Shown here one piece after another: positions 37,301 through 51,439 of a stretch of 64,000 bases of DNA (position 1 is the stretch's first letter; the number at the start of each line of letters is the position of its first letter). The stretch spans positions 976,003 to 1,040,002 of the forward strand of contig BFEA01000035.1 of the NCBI GenBank assembly GCA_003427395.1. The letters are read 5' to 3'. The DNA comes from Chara braunii. Its lineage: Eukaryota > Plantae > Charophyceae. The notes beneath the pieces were generated by a model that did not search any database, had not been told where the DNA came from, and worked only from the letters and a program-made list of their open reading frames with translations. A program made the translations under genes and the position numbers.

Positions 37301-40300
37301 CACAAGTGTGAAAACAAGAAAAAAAAAGGAATGAAACCAGCCTTGAGAAGTCAGGCCTCGATGCACCACTTCCCAGATATGTGAAATGAGAATGAATGTT
37401 GCCTAGAACACTGAAAGATACACGGCCTTACACCACCATGATTTGTTTTTTGTGCAGGTGAGGACCACCATCGCAGCATGCACAGTATGCTTTTCCTTTT
37501 TTTTTTTTTTGTGGTTAGACCGTCGCGTGGCCAGTGGTTATCTTGGCCAACGCTTCCTCAGCCCCATTTTCCGGGACACTATTGATAGATGCCAGAACAT
37601 GGGCTGCTTTATAGGCCGCCCATCTCACAGATGGGCAGAGTCTGGTCGGGACCGTAGGAACTTCAATAGAATGTAGTAGATGTCAGGCACATGGATTTCG
37701 AAGGTCGAGTTCTTCTCCCAAAAGCTCATGCCTGTAATTGGGTCCATGCACACCCACAAGCATAGCGTTACGAACCAATACCCTGATGCATTCTACACAT
37801 ACAAAATATATCTCCGGCACATGGATTGGGTCAAGTTCTTCTCTGAAACAAGCAGAGCAGGACCTGTCTGCTTCAGGGCGGGCTGAACTTGCTAGGCAAA
37901 GCCATCAAAGCATGATATTGCAGCCCTTCCACACTTGACACAGACAGGATCACACATGGGTCACTGGGAAGCGCTATCTCCCAGTGAGAACCGAGCACTG
38001 CCAGGGCATGCAACCACATTATGTCACAGTCGTTCAACACATCAGGAATGGGGTATTCCTCACAATGGATACGAGTTCATTGTCCCGTTTCAAAGTTGTT
38101 TGCAACTGGGCGAACAACTGCCAAGATGAGGAGATTACATCGAGGCCTCTGTAACAATGGAACGGGAATTCAAGTGAGAGCATACAGGTGATGCAAAAGA
38201 CGGAGGAGAAAAATGAGAGAAACCTGAAACACACAATCTGACACCTCTGAGAACAAAGGAATGTCTCGGCAGAATATAACAGCACAAACACAACCAACAT
38301 CCATGAAAATCTATGCCACAAAGAGGACTAGGATTTATCGCTTTAACACCAGAGGACGAGATTGATTCCACAAGTAATGTTGTAGTAAAGTCTGAGAAAC
38401 AGAGAAAACTCAGAAAGGGACTGCTTACATCTTTCTTTTTTTGAACTTTGTATCAATAGCTGGTTCTTTCAGGGCATTTTTCAATACCTAAATTTTGTGA
38501 ATGATGGAGGTTATTGAGGAAGCCAAGAATTGAAAAAGAATTGAGCCATTGGAAAAAAATGAAGGGTGCTGGAAGTCTGGTCTGGCGTCCCTGAAAATAA
38601 AAGACCGACTCCCCCTTCTCCCCGTAATGGCTGAGCAGACCTGAGACAACAGCATTGATGACTTCCATCTTAGGAAGGATTCACCCCTGCGTGAAGGACT
38701 GATGACTTCCATCTTAGAAAGGATTCACCCCTGCGTGAAGGAAGAGAAAACACAAAAAGCACGAAGGTGGAAATTTACGTTGTAAGCAGCTTGTTTGGGA
38801 CTGCGTACAACTTTAATATCCACCGTTCTGCTTTTTCTGTTTTCCGTTCTATCCATATCACTGGGAATATATAAAGAGGTTTAATCATTGTGCTCTGCAT
38901 CTGCTCCAAAATTCAGAAACATGCCCCAAGTCTTATGTCGCAATAACCTAAACATCCTTCCTCGCAAATCTGTTCCAAAATACATTAACACAAACCCAAC
39001 ATCACACTAAACCCAAAAGCTACAATAGTAGCTTCCGTGTATCGGTGCAACTGCAGGGAGATGGATACTCTGAAGGGTTGGAAGGAGGAGTGGGAGCGAA
39101 GTACGGAGGGATGGGTCTAGCCCTGTGCTACCCTCCTTGAGCTATGGGTGGATTTAAGCCGCACCATTAAAATCTAACTTAATCCATTGTCCCCTTAGAT
39201 TTCAACGCTGAAAGTATGACCACCACCATATCCTCATGCAAGTGTGAGGATAACCACCTTAATCCCCCATAACTATCACAGGTACAGGAAAATCCACACG
39301 TTCACGGAGCCAACTTGAAGCCTTCCACCACAAATGCGGCACCACAACCTGCCTCCCACACAGTGTAGCATTTGCTTTGCTGGGAACTTGTTTAAGGACC
39401 ACGGAGGATGATTCAATGCCAAGCGCTAGCAAAGTGGAATGAAGAATGAGTCTTCTGATCAGTCCAGCCAACATATGGCTCAGGCCGCACATGCACATGT
39501 GGTGGGACCACGTCAGCCTGCTGTCCTAACAATAAAAGATCAGATGGACTTTGGGGGGAATGTTGATCTCAAAGAGGTTGGCATTTGGAGAGCCAATAAT
39601 TGCTGCAGTGCCGATCAGGCAGGCATGAACATTCCGAAAATGCATCCTCAAACGATTCCTATGACTAGGCAGGATAAGTCAGTTTTTTCATCTATTTCGG
39701 TTTCCTTACGCTGGCTTTTTAACAGATTTTATCCGCTACTTTACATGACGCAGTACTCGTGAGCCTTGGGGATCAGATTTGGGGTGCAGATCGACAGTAA
39801 CCTCCATGCCCTGGGGATCAGATTCCGGGGCCCACTCGAAGCAAAAGGGCCCACGTCGATTGCTAAACAGTGGTTCCCACTCACCCCAGCAAACGTTTTT
39901 TAGGGGCAGAGAACAGCACCATGGGCAGCTGTCTCAGCAGGATTTTGGTGATTCACTCCCTTGGAGAGGGGAGCAACTGGTCAGCACTCCAGGGAGACAC
40001 AAAAATACACCTGACTGTATGAATTTCAGGATAAAAGACCTGGGAATTATCAGAAGCTGAATGCATTTAGGCTTCACAAAATAAATTTATCATAGCTTTT
40101 AAATTCCTTGAAAAGCAGCCAGAAAATGACTCCATCGTATGTTGGCCCGCTCTCCAGTCCAGACAACTAAAGACCAACTCAGCACGTCTTTCCAAACATT
40201 ATTTTTGAAGACTAGCACAGAGAATGCATCACATCAGAAGTCGGATATATAGTGGGCAGAGCACCTGTTTTAACAACGGGTATGATTTAACCATTTGCGA

Positions 40301-40394
40301 GGGGACTGGTCAAAGACACTACACGAGTTGTACTTGGAACTGGTGCTGACAAGGCAAAGGGTGAAGACCTAGTTCAGAAAGGGGCACAATTCAA

Positions 40395-41215
40395 ATATAT
40401 GCAAGGAGACTGGACAAAGACATTACATAACTTGAACTTGGAGCTGTTGCAGACAAGGCAAAGGGTGAAGCAGCCTCCTTTGAGACTGAATGGTCATCGA
40501 ACAGATGGAAAACTGCAGCCGCTGCTGGAGATGTGGGATATCAGTTGCTGCACTCTGGTCAAAGACAGGCGCATGGATCACAAGTTTTGGCCCACTATGA
40601 ACTCCATGCTTCCACTGAGAGTGGCGCAGTTCTCCTGAAGGCCGTGGGTATATCGAAGAGGAAGGACATGGCAACCGCATTGGCAAAGCTGTGGGAGCAG
40701 GGCATCAGGGAGATCAGGCAGCAGCGAGTGAACCCGATGTGCACGGATAGCGATATGGCGAACAAGTAGACTCCTGGATTTTGTGGAGGTCAAAGGATCA
40801 CAGCATTGTTCAGATCACTTGTGTTGCATCCACTGCTGATTGCCACAACCTGCGCCTGGAAGGGATCTGTGAGGAACCATTAAGGGTTCCAGATGGCAAA
40901 GAGAGTGGTGAAGTTCATCAAGAACCACCATCGGCCTCTACCAATGTGCATCCCTCATCATGCCCATCGATGTTCATTTTTCCTCTGTGCTCCTCATGCT
41001 TCAAACCCTATTAGGCAGGAAACGGGTTTTAAAGATAGTGATGGAAGGATGGCAAGAGATCAGATGGAGCACAAACAAGCTGCATGATAGGGCAAACACA
41101 AGTTACTTCACCATCTGGTCTAACGAGTGGCGGAAAGAATCGGAAGAATCGGAGAAGGCTGTGCTGGTCATGGAATCCATCTATGACCTGCTGAGAAGAC
41201 AGATCCGAGTGGCAT
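40395..41215 (+). pseudogene. Degenerate hAT transposase (DUF659-like)
   Basis: WDISCCTLVKD, GAVLLKAVGIS..KDMATALAKLWEQGIREI....V..MCTD, ASTADCHNLRLEGI and RVVKFIKNHH follow the DUF659 motif order. Confidence 0.75.
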
Positions 41216-43573
41216 GGCACCACATTTTTTTCAGTTTTCTGTTTTTTTTCTTTTGCCCTGTTTTATTTTTGGTCAAGGTCTGTGTGTGCCAAGTTTGGTG
41301 TTTGTTGGGGTCTTGGAGTTGACTGTTTTGGCTAGCCCTGAAAAATCCCGAAAATCCTGAAAACTGAAAACAGTGAATTTTGCATGAAAACACACTTTTG
41401 CCTTGCTGTTTTATAGGTTTTAAAAGTTTTTTTTTCAATTTTTTTTTGGTAAGTAGTTAATATGATCTACACTCTATGAATTGGTGGCAAGTATGGTTAA
41501 AATGACCCTTGGGTTTTGTTATAAATGGCCTGACAAGTAGTCTGAAAATTGAGGCCTCCGTTAACCGTCTCTCCTTCTTTGATGAAGATGAGGTCCCACT
41601 TGTGCAAGACCTTGTCATTCTACCTAAGGGAGCCCAGTTATCGGACAATGAGGTGACTTGGCCGGGTCATCTTAGAAAGACACCCAGAGGGAGAATCCTG
41701 AAGGGAAGGAGGGTCAATGACTCTAGCAGCACGGATAGCAGCTGTGATGGGGATGATTTAATTTGATTGGGAAAAGGGAGGAAGATGCAGGCCAACCCCA
41801 AGGGCAAAGCACAGATGATTGAGGCGGGGGGAGGGGAGAGGGGGAAGGAGGAAGAGGGGGATAGTGAGGAGTTTAGGGGCAACAATGAGATTGATATCAA
41901 TCTCACAGGATTCGCTAGACGAATCTCTAGGATAGTGACTTTTTGTGGGCTCCAAGAGCCACTCAGTAGCATGGCCCACGCCAGAGAAGACCATGTCATT
42001 GTCATGCAGCATGTACAAGACGAGGCTGTGAGTCGTGTGGCTTGGAGGAAAGGGAGGAGCCGTTGCTACAAGAGAAAGAGTGGCAAGACAAGCATGCGGC
42101 GAAGCATGAGCAAGGGGAGGAACAACAGGAGCAGAAGCAGATGGAGAACAAGTGGGAGAAAACAGCACCAGAAGGAGAACGCGACACACTATGAGCACCA
42201 CGGCAGGAACAAAAGCAGAATCCACAGGAGGACGATTATCAGTGTGGTGCTATCAGCAAGAGCTCCAACCTGGACAAGAGCAAGCAGAAGCAGAGGATCC
42301 AATGTGGAGTAGTAGTGGCAGGGACAACAGCAGCGCCACCGGACCAGCAGCATGTGGACAATGCGCCAGAAGTTGCACCATGTGTACACGAGGCAGCAAC
42401 ATGCACCCGTATCAGCAGCAGCCCCTGCTGCACCCTCTCATCCAGGCTTCCCACCATTGGTCAAGGACGTGAAGCAAGAATCCCAACCCCAGAAGGGTGG
42501 GAAGGAACAGGAGCGCATGTACTGACCCTGTGGCGGCCGCCCGACAGAGAATGACTGAGCGTGTGGTAAGAAGACCCCAAAGATCATTGATGATGATCCG
42601 ACAGCAGTCAACAATGGCAGCAGCAACAATGGTGGTGGGGAATCTGACAAGGAGCACCACAGCAGTCTGACAAGAAGCACCACCCTGGGTCCACCTGGTT
42701 CAGTAAGAACTACTTGAGAGGAAGTCATGGTAAATGTCCCTGATACGAGGGAGCAGAGGAGTGAAAATGAATTTCTTTAAGGAAGAAGGAGCACAGATAT
42801 AGGGTTGCAAAGGAAAGAGAGAGAGAGAGTCACCAAGGCACACAGGAACACCGTTTATATCAACCAATATGTCTCTCACTCGATCTCTTCCCTACTTCCA
42901 AATTGTCAGTCATACCCTGCCTCCTTGCATCCACCCACATCATCCATATGTGGCTTATGCTGCCACCAAATAACAACAGAAAATGATGAGCGACAAATAT
43001 CTTATTGGAAGATGGCTGACGAGTTCAAACTTCACAGGTTTGGGCGCTCCACACTCTCCATTATCCGCCCACCTTATCACACCAAATCTGCAGGGTTGGA
43101 GTCGGCCCTTGCTCGGCCTTCTTCAGCACATTCTGCTGAGAACAGCAGGCTATCTCGATGGCTACCTCTTTAACCGATTTGCTTGTCAATCCTGGAAATT
43201 CCTGATCAAATCACACTGTCAATCCTGGATTGAATAAGCCTCTTGTCTCACACACTATAAAGTTGGACTAAAAACTTTTGTTACCTCCTCTAGATTTGTG
43301 AAGACACTGAATGGTCAAAATGCAGGAGTTGAGTAAAGAATTATCCAGGCAACAGAGGGACTAATAACGCCTTCTGAAGTTATATCCTTTGACTAATCTA
43401 GTGCACCATTGAACCCTTCTGTTATGGCTTCTGGTTTCACATATGCTGGCCAGCACATGTCGTCAGACATATGCCAGATGCACAAACAGGGGTATTCCAT
43501 TTTGTGAGAGTTGTAATCTGAGATATGAAAGACGTTGCCTGGGAACGAACATGAAACGCACAGCCTGTTCATG

Positions 43574-44253
43574 TGTGACATAAGCTGGCCTTTAAACCGC
43601 TAGTACACGACCCCAACTTTATGGAGATTTGCCTGTCACCTACTCCGAACTTTTCGAGGCTCAGGGCTACCGGATCATGATGGCCGGCGGTGCCAGCCAC
43701 AAAAGAAAAACAGTGCGCCGCTGGCCGTCCGGAATAGCTTGGCGCGCAGTGCAGTTCCTCCATGCCCGGGTGTACTGGTGGTTTAAGAGAGAGTTCCACA
43801 CATGTGCATTTCACCTCGGCTATACCACCTGCTGATATTCTTTAGCTGAGCGCTTTTTCTCAATATGTCCAGCTGTTTGGTGAGGGGGATAGTTAGGGGA
43901 TGAGACGTGGGCGAGAGAAGAACGTACCTGGTGTGTCATGGAGGTCGGCATGGGCAGCATCTTCATGTACATCAGTTCACTGCTGAAGTGCTTCAAGTTG
44001 CATCATTGTAGTGTAGGCTAGCATAGGTGTCGTGAGTCTGTGGTTGGGTGCCAGGCGCCATGTGGAAGAGTGCCATTGGATACACTGTTGGGGCTGACAT
44101 TGACAATTTAGTTCATTGCTTTGCTCTTATTTGGTGTGTACCTGGTGCATTCTGCTTTCTGTGTGACACATGACCATCTACTTCTCATCCAACTTTTCAA
44201 TGTCATGATGCAATTTGGATTTCTGTCATTCGCTCTCGCTCATTTGCCTTGCA
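43574..44253 (+). mobile_element. 5' LTR of a plus-strand Gypsy
   Basis: Ends catttgccttgca (reverse complement of the tgcaagg family end); followed by PBS; left boundary approximate. Confidence 0.7.
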
Positions 44254-44256
44254 TCT

Positions 44257-44268
44257 TGGTATCAGAGC
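44257..44268 (+). promoter_or_regulatory. Primer binding site (initiator tRNA-Met)
   Basis: Canonical TGGTATCAGAGC. Confidence 0.95.
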
Positions 44269-45181
44269 GGGTTCGCTGACAGCTCCATCGGCACTGGTGC
44301 TAGAGTTATTTGGTGAGCTGGCCCATCTCCAGTGCAGTGGAGATACTTCAGTGCTGGTTATTGGTTGATTGGCGGCTCTGGGTTGAGAGGCCAGTGCCAG
44401 GAAGGCCTTGTGGTGACCAACGTTGGGTGTATGCTGTGTGATGAGAGTGCGCTGACATGGCATTTATGCAAAGGAGGCACTGCATTGTATTGTGGCTGAG
44501 TGCCAATAATGTGACCATCATCGAAATGCATGACAGCTCGATTGGTGAGAAATCTGCGGTTGAGGGCAGCAAATGAGGTACGTTGTTTCTAACCTTATTT
44601 ACCGTCCTTGATCCTTGTTACCGTGAGGAAGTGTCTTTCTTGAGAGTCCTCTCTTGTGTCATGGGTCGCAAGCGTCCCTTGAGAGACCACATTCTCCCTG
44701 GGGAGCATGCTGGTGGGAGATGCCCTGTGCTTTCCGAAGGGCATACCGTAACGGTACAGACCAGAACAAGAACCGACCTCTCTCACAAAGTACAAGATAA
44801 CACAGCGGAAGACTTAAATACCAATGATCCCAACAATCAATGTTGCTATGCAAACCAAACATACATCATCATCATTCCATGGTGTGAAGGAGTCTGGCGC
44901 TCACACAGGAAGAATGCGCCAGTCTCCAACCATACACAAACGAAGAAGCGGGGGAATAGACGAAGAAGAGGGGAAGACGTGAATGTTGTCAACACCAAGT
45001 CTTCGGTACAGTCCCAAATAATCCCTCGTCAAATGTCTGAATCCCAATGTCGAGTCTGGATCCAAATCTCATCAAATCCCAAAGTCACCAATCTCTCTCT
45101 CTCTCTCTCGTAGTATGCAGATACTGAGAAGTCAGGTAGTGAGAGGGTGAGGAAGAGATGGTGGACTTTGAAAAGGAAGCA

Positions 45182-45239
<58 letters not shown>

Positions 45240-45925
45240 GTCCCATACTAACCTGTGAAGGTGGCGCCTTGTTGCAGGTACATCGAAGACGAAGCTGGAG
45301 CTATGGCATCACAGGTAAGTCTCCCTGGCCTCCACCAACCATCGCTCTCTCTCTCTCTCCAACGCTACTCTGGCTCCTACTAGCGCCCAGCGCTGAAGAC
45401 TACTGCTAACGCTACTACTCCTGCAGCACTCCTCCAGAGTGCTGCTGCCGAATCCTGAAGACTACATCCTGCCTCCTGCACGTGAAGTGCCTGGGAAGTT
45501 CCTAAGAACTGCCTCCTGACTGCCTGCAGCCTGTAGGGCGGGCCAGTCTTATATAGTGCTGGCCCTTCCAGGAGGCTGCTCTTGCCAATGCCAAAACGTG
45601 CCAGACCCTGGCGTTGAAGTTCAAACAAAGGTTGTCTTGAAAACCGGACCAAAATGGCCTGTGCTAAAACGCTGGTCTGGTGCCTAGGTTTCAGGGCAGG
45701 TCGATCTTATGAGGGCCTGAAAATGGCCCTCCATTTCAGGCTGAAAAGACTCAGGGACTTTAGGCCCTTGTTTTCTGGCTTTTAGGCTAGGCACTCGTTT
45801 TCAGGCTTTTAGGCTGAAACGAAAACATGCCCAATGCTTACGGACCCTTAGTCTACCTGGTCGGGCCCTGCTGGGCCCGTGTGGTACTGAGTATGCCACA
45901 CTCCCCCCTCCTTGAAAGACCAAGC

Positions 45926-48900
45926 TTACCTGCAAGGGCGAAGCTGTCTGTTGGACGGAGGGACTGAAGTCCGGATGGGAGGCTGTGCAGCTTCCGTGGC
46001 TAGCCATTTTTTCTCATAATCAGCGTAGATATCTGGTGTGGAGGCTTGCAAAGCTGCCTGGGAAATCCATCGCATGTGCTCGCGGTCGCACCATTTGAAT
46101 GAGACTTTGTACTGCATTGGCTTGTTGCCGTGCTTGCGTTGCGTGATGACGCGGTCGACTTCCTGATGACCATCCATGGAAGGAGGATCCTGCAATCGTC
46201 GGCCCTGGAAGTCGTCGCTCTTGGCTGGTGTATATGTGGCCATCTTGGAGGCATGGAAATCCGGGTGCACTGTGAGATGCGGTGGGATTTCGATCACAAA
46301 GGAGGGGCCATCGGGCTCATCGCCCGAGCTGATGTGACGGGCCATGGTCCAAACCACTTTGGAAGTAGCTTGCAGGACACATCTTGTTCAAGCGCACACT
46401 CCTCCGTAGAGACCCAAACAAGGTCACCGGCACATCTGTTAGCTTGCTGTTGCATGCAGAATTGAGCCTTTTGCATGTTGGCGCGCGCTTTAGCCAACAA
46501 GTCCCTATACTTCCGAACGCAGGCGGGAGAACAAGCGGCGTCAATGTCGACAGTCCTTGGAAATGGAAGATCATCGAAGATATGGTCTTTCCTGCCACCG
46601 TGGTGCAACTCGAATGGAGTCACGCCGGTCGCCGGGTGCAACGAAGTGTTGTAGGTGAATTCGATGTCGGGGAGGCGGTCCACCCAATCCTTCTGATCCA
46701 TACGAAGCATTACTTGAGCGGTTTGATGTGCCCGCTCCGTCTGCCTGTCCGTTTGCGGATGCCGAGCCGAACTTGGTTTCATCTCGGTGCCAAACTCTTT
46801 CATGAGGGAGGTCCAAAACGCCGACATAAAACGAGTGTCGCGGTTGCTGACGATGTCTTCTGGAACGCCGTGGCTGCAAATCCAGCCGGTGTGTAAGAGT
46901 CGCGCAAGTTCAGGAGTCGTGGCGTAGTACTTGCAAGGAAGAAATTGTGCGTACTTGCTCAATCGGTCAACGACCCTGAGAATGTCGTCGTGCCCGAAGC
47001 GGCCACGACAGAACCGGTCGGTGACGTCCATAGCGATGGAGAGGCCGAGTTCCCGCGGAACAGGCAACGGGCGTAACTCGCTATAGGGGTTGCAATTGCG
47101 GGGTTTGCTTCATCGACAAACTTCGCAAGAGTCGCAATACCGAGTGACGATGGTAATGAGGTCGGGCCATCGGAATCGTTGTCGAAGTCTTGCGATCGTA
47201 TGGTTGACTCCGAAGTGGTCGGCGAGTCTCGAGTCGTGGTACTCGCCAAGGAGGCGAGTCCGTAAGCGACGGTCAAGTGGGACTCGTAGTAAGTCCTTGC
47301 CTCGTGAGTGAAGAAGCAAGTAGCCATCGACGACGCAATAGTGGTTGGTCGGCGCGTGATCCGAGGATAGTTGCTCGTAGAGTGTGGCGTATTCCGGATC
47401 GGACTTGTATCGCACAAAATGTTGATGAAGTGCATCATCGAAACTGAATGCGTGGTGAGTCAATGCACAAAGATTTGATCTTCGCGAGAGAGCATCCGCG
47501 GCTCGGTTGGAAAGGCCCGAAATGTGTTTCGGTGTGAAGTCGAACTGATCGATGAAATACATCCATCGAGCCATCGTGCTGCTCACCGTGTCTTGCGTCT
47601 TGTAGTAGGTCGGTCAATGGGTTATTATCCGCCGCCCAAGTGAACATACGACGCCCGAGGAGGAAGTGTCGCCAGCGCTTGAGTACCGTGACGAACACAA
47701 GCAACTCCTTCCGCGCATCATCAACCGAGTTGATGGGAGGCACCTTTTGGCTGAAGTGCTCAACCGAATGCCAGTCTACTCCGTCGTGCTGTTCCAAAAC
47801 TGCACCCATGTCGTAGTCAGAAGCGTCCGTAGTTACTCTCGTAGGCAAGGTGGGATCGTAAATACTCAAGACGGGAGCGAGGGGCAACGACGTCTTCAAT
47901 TTGTGGAACGAACTGCGAACTCCGTTAGTGAACTGGAAGGGCACCTTTGGAGACTGCAATCTTGACAAGGGCGCGGTGATCCGTGTGTATCCTCTGATGA
48001 AGCGTTGGTAGTACCCGGCCAATCCCATAAGAGATCGGACTTGCGTGGTGTTGGTTGGTTCCGGCCAATCTTGAATGGCCTTGATCTTGTCCGCAAGCGA
48101 ACAGATGCCTTGCAGGGTTGCAAAGTGGCCCAAGTGCTCGAGCTCTTGCTGCGCGAATTCCACTTGGCTCGGTTGGCCTTGTACTTGGTCGTACGTAGCC
48201 TGTCCAAAACAGCGTGTAGATGCATGACGTGCTCATCCAAATTCCGGCTATATACAAAGATGTCATCGAGGTAGATGAGCACAAACCGGTCCAACATATC
48301 GCAAAACTCCGTTGTCATTGCTGCTTGGAAGGTGGTCGGGGCATTCGTGAGGCTGAATGGCATTACGACCCACTCAAAGTGCCCGTACCGTGTCTTGAAC
48401 GCGGCTTTGTATCGATCTCTTGGATGGATCTCGAGCTGGCGAAGGTCAACAACCACTACTCCGTCTTCCATCAACGAAGCTGGTACTACGGCGCGCAAGT
48501 AGTTGCAAAGCTCCACCATTAGGGCGTTGCAATGCGGCTTCGACAAGGAACCAAATGGGGGGAAAGGCACCCATTGGAAGTCCTCCGGTGTCAATGGGGA
48601 AAGTCGGTTAACCGACCATACGACTTTTGCACGGGGAGAGGTTGGTCCAACGGCGGGACCAGTTGGACAGCATAATCTTCATAACCTTCTTGAAGACTGG
48701 TGACATACGCATGTTCCCCGGACGTGGAGGAGGTTGTTAGCAAAGCAACCATGTCCGACGGAGTAGGAAGTGGAATCGTCTTCTTTGCCTTTGTCAAGGC
48801 ATGGCGACGTCGTGTGCTTGGTGTTGTTGCACCAGTAGCAACAGTTCCACCTCTGGTGGAGCTTGTATTGCAACTCCGTGAGGTTGAACTTCTTCCATGG

Positions 48901-50640
48901 CTCGTTCGGCTGTCCGATTTCTGTTGTTGACTCAAATTTCTCCTTTTTCTGCTTGTTGTTGCGTCGTGGCAGAAGGGCGTTGACTCTGTCTCCTTCATTA
49001 GACTCGTGAGTCAGCGCCTGGTCGTCCTCTTGTCCATTGCATTGGACAGCAGCGACTTGCTGCGGCCACCGGCCTTTGCCCTTTTCCACAAAATTTGGTT
49101 GGCTTCACCGCTAATTGTCGACCCACCGATTCGTTTGGATTACTTTGCGCGCCTTATCCACGATCTGGTCGAAGTCAGTGTACAGGCTGCGCTCCCCAAG
49201 GGCCGTGCTCAACGCCTCAACCAACCGCTGGAAGAATTTGTGACGAAGATGTACGAACGGTATGTCCAGATTCGAAATTGTCACGAGTTTCTGCCATTCG
49301 GTTAACCATTCATGTGTTGGCTGGCTGCCTTGGTGCATGCTGAAAATCCGGTTCACGCATTTGCCTTGAGCGTCGTCGACGATGAAGCGTTTTCGCCACT
49401 TCTCGATCGTGGCCTCCCAAGTGATCTTGGTGTAAAGCTTAGCGATATCGACGCCTTCGGTTTGAGTGAGGTGGTTGAGCCACACTTGGCTGGCACCGGT
49501 GCTGCAGAGGAAAAGCGCTAAGATCTTCAACTCAGGCGGGACCAAGTGGATGGAGAGCTCGCTGGTGAATCCTTGCCACCAACTTATGGGGTCCGCCTTG
49601 TGGTAGTCATCAAATTTGTCGATGCTAAACTTCGCAATCTTGAATCGTTTAGACGTCAGGCTGTTGCAGGTCCCGGTTGGTTGTTGTTGCAGCTGGTGCA
49701 AATCCGCTTGTAGGGCAGCTATTTGCTGGCTGATGGTCGCCAGTTGTCGGCAAATGTTCAAATTTCCGACGAGCGCTACTAGGTGATCCATTCGTTCTTC
49801 CAGCTCGCGGATCGATGGATCAATGCTTGACGATGCCGTGTGCCTGTGCGGCACGTCATCCTTCTCCAACACGTCGAGGCGGGCATGGAGGCTCTTGAGA
49901 GTCTCCTCATACTCAGCAATGGTATGCGCCTGCCGAGCCAGCTCCACTTGTTGCCAATTACAATTGAGGATGTGACTTGGTGCATCACGTTGGCGAGGAC
50001 TGACTTGGTCTGCTCCTCCGCAGTTGGTTCTGTCGTCTCCGCCGGATCAACATTCCATGCTTGGAGTGCGGCAGTATGAGCGGCTTCCTGCTGCACGAGG
50101 ACAGATGCGGCATCTTTTCGAGCTTTGTTATGGTTGGCAGCTGCTTCAGCGTGCTGCCGGCGTCGTTGCTCCGCGTCGCGTGCAATGGCATGGAGGCGTG
50201 CCGTTTCAGCTGCCGCCTCGCGTTGCTGTTCCTCCCGTACTCGTTGCATGTACGTGCCCAGGCGGGCCAGGAAAGCCATCATGGTCTCTCCTTGCTGCCG
50301 GACTGGCACAGCGTCGAGGGCTCCCGCAGGTGTTGCAGTGGAACCCACCTGCTGGACCTCTGGGACCAGGGGGTTCGAGCTGCACGCCTGACGTGGACTG
50401 CCGGATGCGGCATTGTCCACCGTGGGGTTGCCCTGGGCGCCGATTGCAGAGGGGTACGGCAGGGGTAGCTGCTATTCCGCTGCGGCTGCCCGCCCTTCAC
50501 GTGCTGCGATGCGTTTGCTGCGTTGGGGCATAAGCTGCAGTTAGCTGTACGGTGTCGGCTGACGAGGTACTGTTGACGTGGCTCTGCTGCTGTCGTGGCA
50601 CTGCTGCTGTTTTGGCACTGCTGACGTGGCACTTACCAAA
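45926..50640 (-). pseudogene. gag-pol with chromodomain; protease and N-terminal RT deleted
   Basis: FKTRYGHFEWVVMPF, IYLDDIFVYS, TTDASDYDMGAVLEQ, VVDRLSKYA, HQEVDRVITQRKHGNKPMQYKV; gag FDDYHKADPISWWQGF; deletion junction near 48435. Confidence 0.9.
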
Positions 50641-51106
50641 ACGAGAATGCAGGCAAAAGGGTTGGGTGGGAAGGAAAACGCAAGAAGGTAACCAACCAAA
50701 CTGTACTTTCCTCCCAGTCCTGATCAACAGAATAAAAATAAAAAATAAAAGAAGAGGATCACCCCCCACCCCTTTTTTTCCTTAACACTCGCGGTCCTCG
50801 CGTAACGCTCCCGCGAGAGACCGCTATTCACTGTTGGGAAACGGAATGGGACAGGTAGGCGGGCCCGACAGACACCGCGTATGTCTTTCGGGCCGGGCCG
50901 GGTCGAACCGGTGACCATCGGCGATATTGTGGATCGGGCCTGCGTTGGACGGCCCGATAGATTTTTCGGGATCGGCGCCAGCGATTCTCGAAACTTCTAT
51001 CGGGCCATCCAGTGCAGGCCCGATCGACGATCTTGCTTTTAACTTCTGTAGTGCGCCGTGCTGTTTCGAATGCTTCGAAAGTTTGCTGCTTTGCATACTG
51101 GTGTCT

Positions 51107-51149
<43 letters not shown>

Positions 51150-51439
51150 GAGAGAGAGAGAGAGAGAGGGAGAGAGAGAGAGTGAGAGAGGGCTGCTTAC
51201 CGGATGGGTGGCGCAACTGTTTATGACGGCGACGAGCGCGATAGCACGTAGTGGCTGACGACGACGACGTCACAGAGAGATAGAGATAGAGAGGGAGACA
51301 GAGAGGGAGGGAGAGAGAAAGGGAGAGAGAGCAAAGGAGGCCGGCGGCTGTTGACGGTCGGAGCAGCGCGGCAGAGGAGAGAAGAAGAGGAGGACAGGCG
51401 ACCTCGCGAAGAGATGGCGGATGAAGGTTTTTTTTTTTT

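Noticed and set aside
38656-38742. 44-bp tandem duplication covering a strong minus-strand acceptor
   Set aside because: The downstream translation shows no CH or kinesin similarity, so it cannot be supported as an exon.
43072-43135. QNVLKKAEQGPTP, loosely like the CH motif CNVLNKVQPG
   Set aside because: It lacks LR.G..LC and the upstream Trp helix; likely chance similarity.
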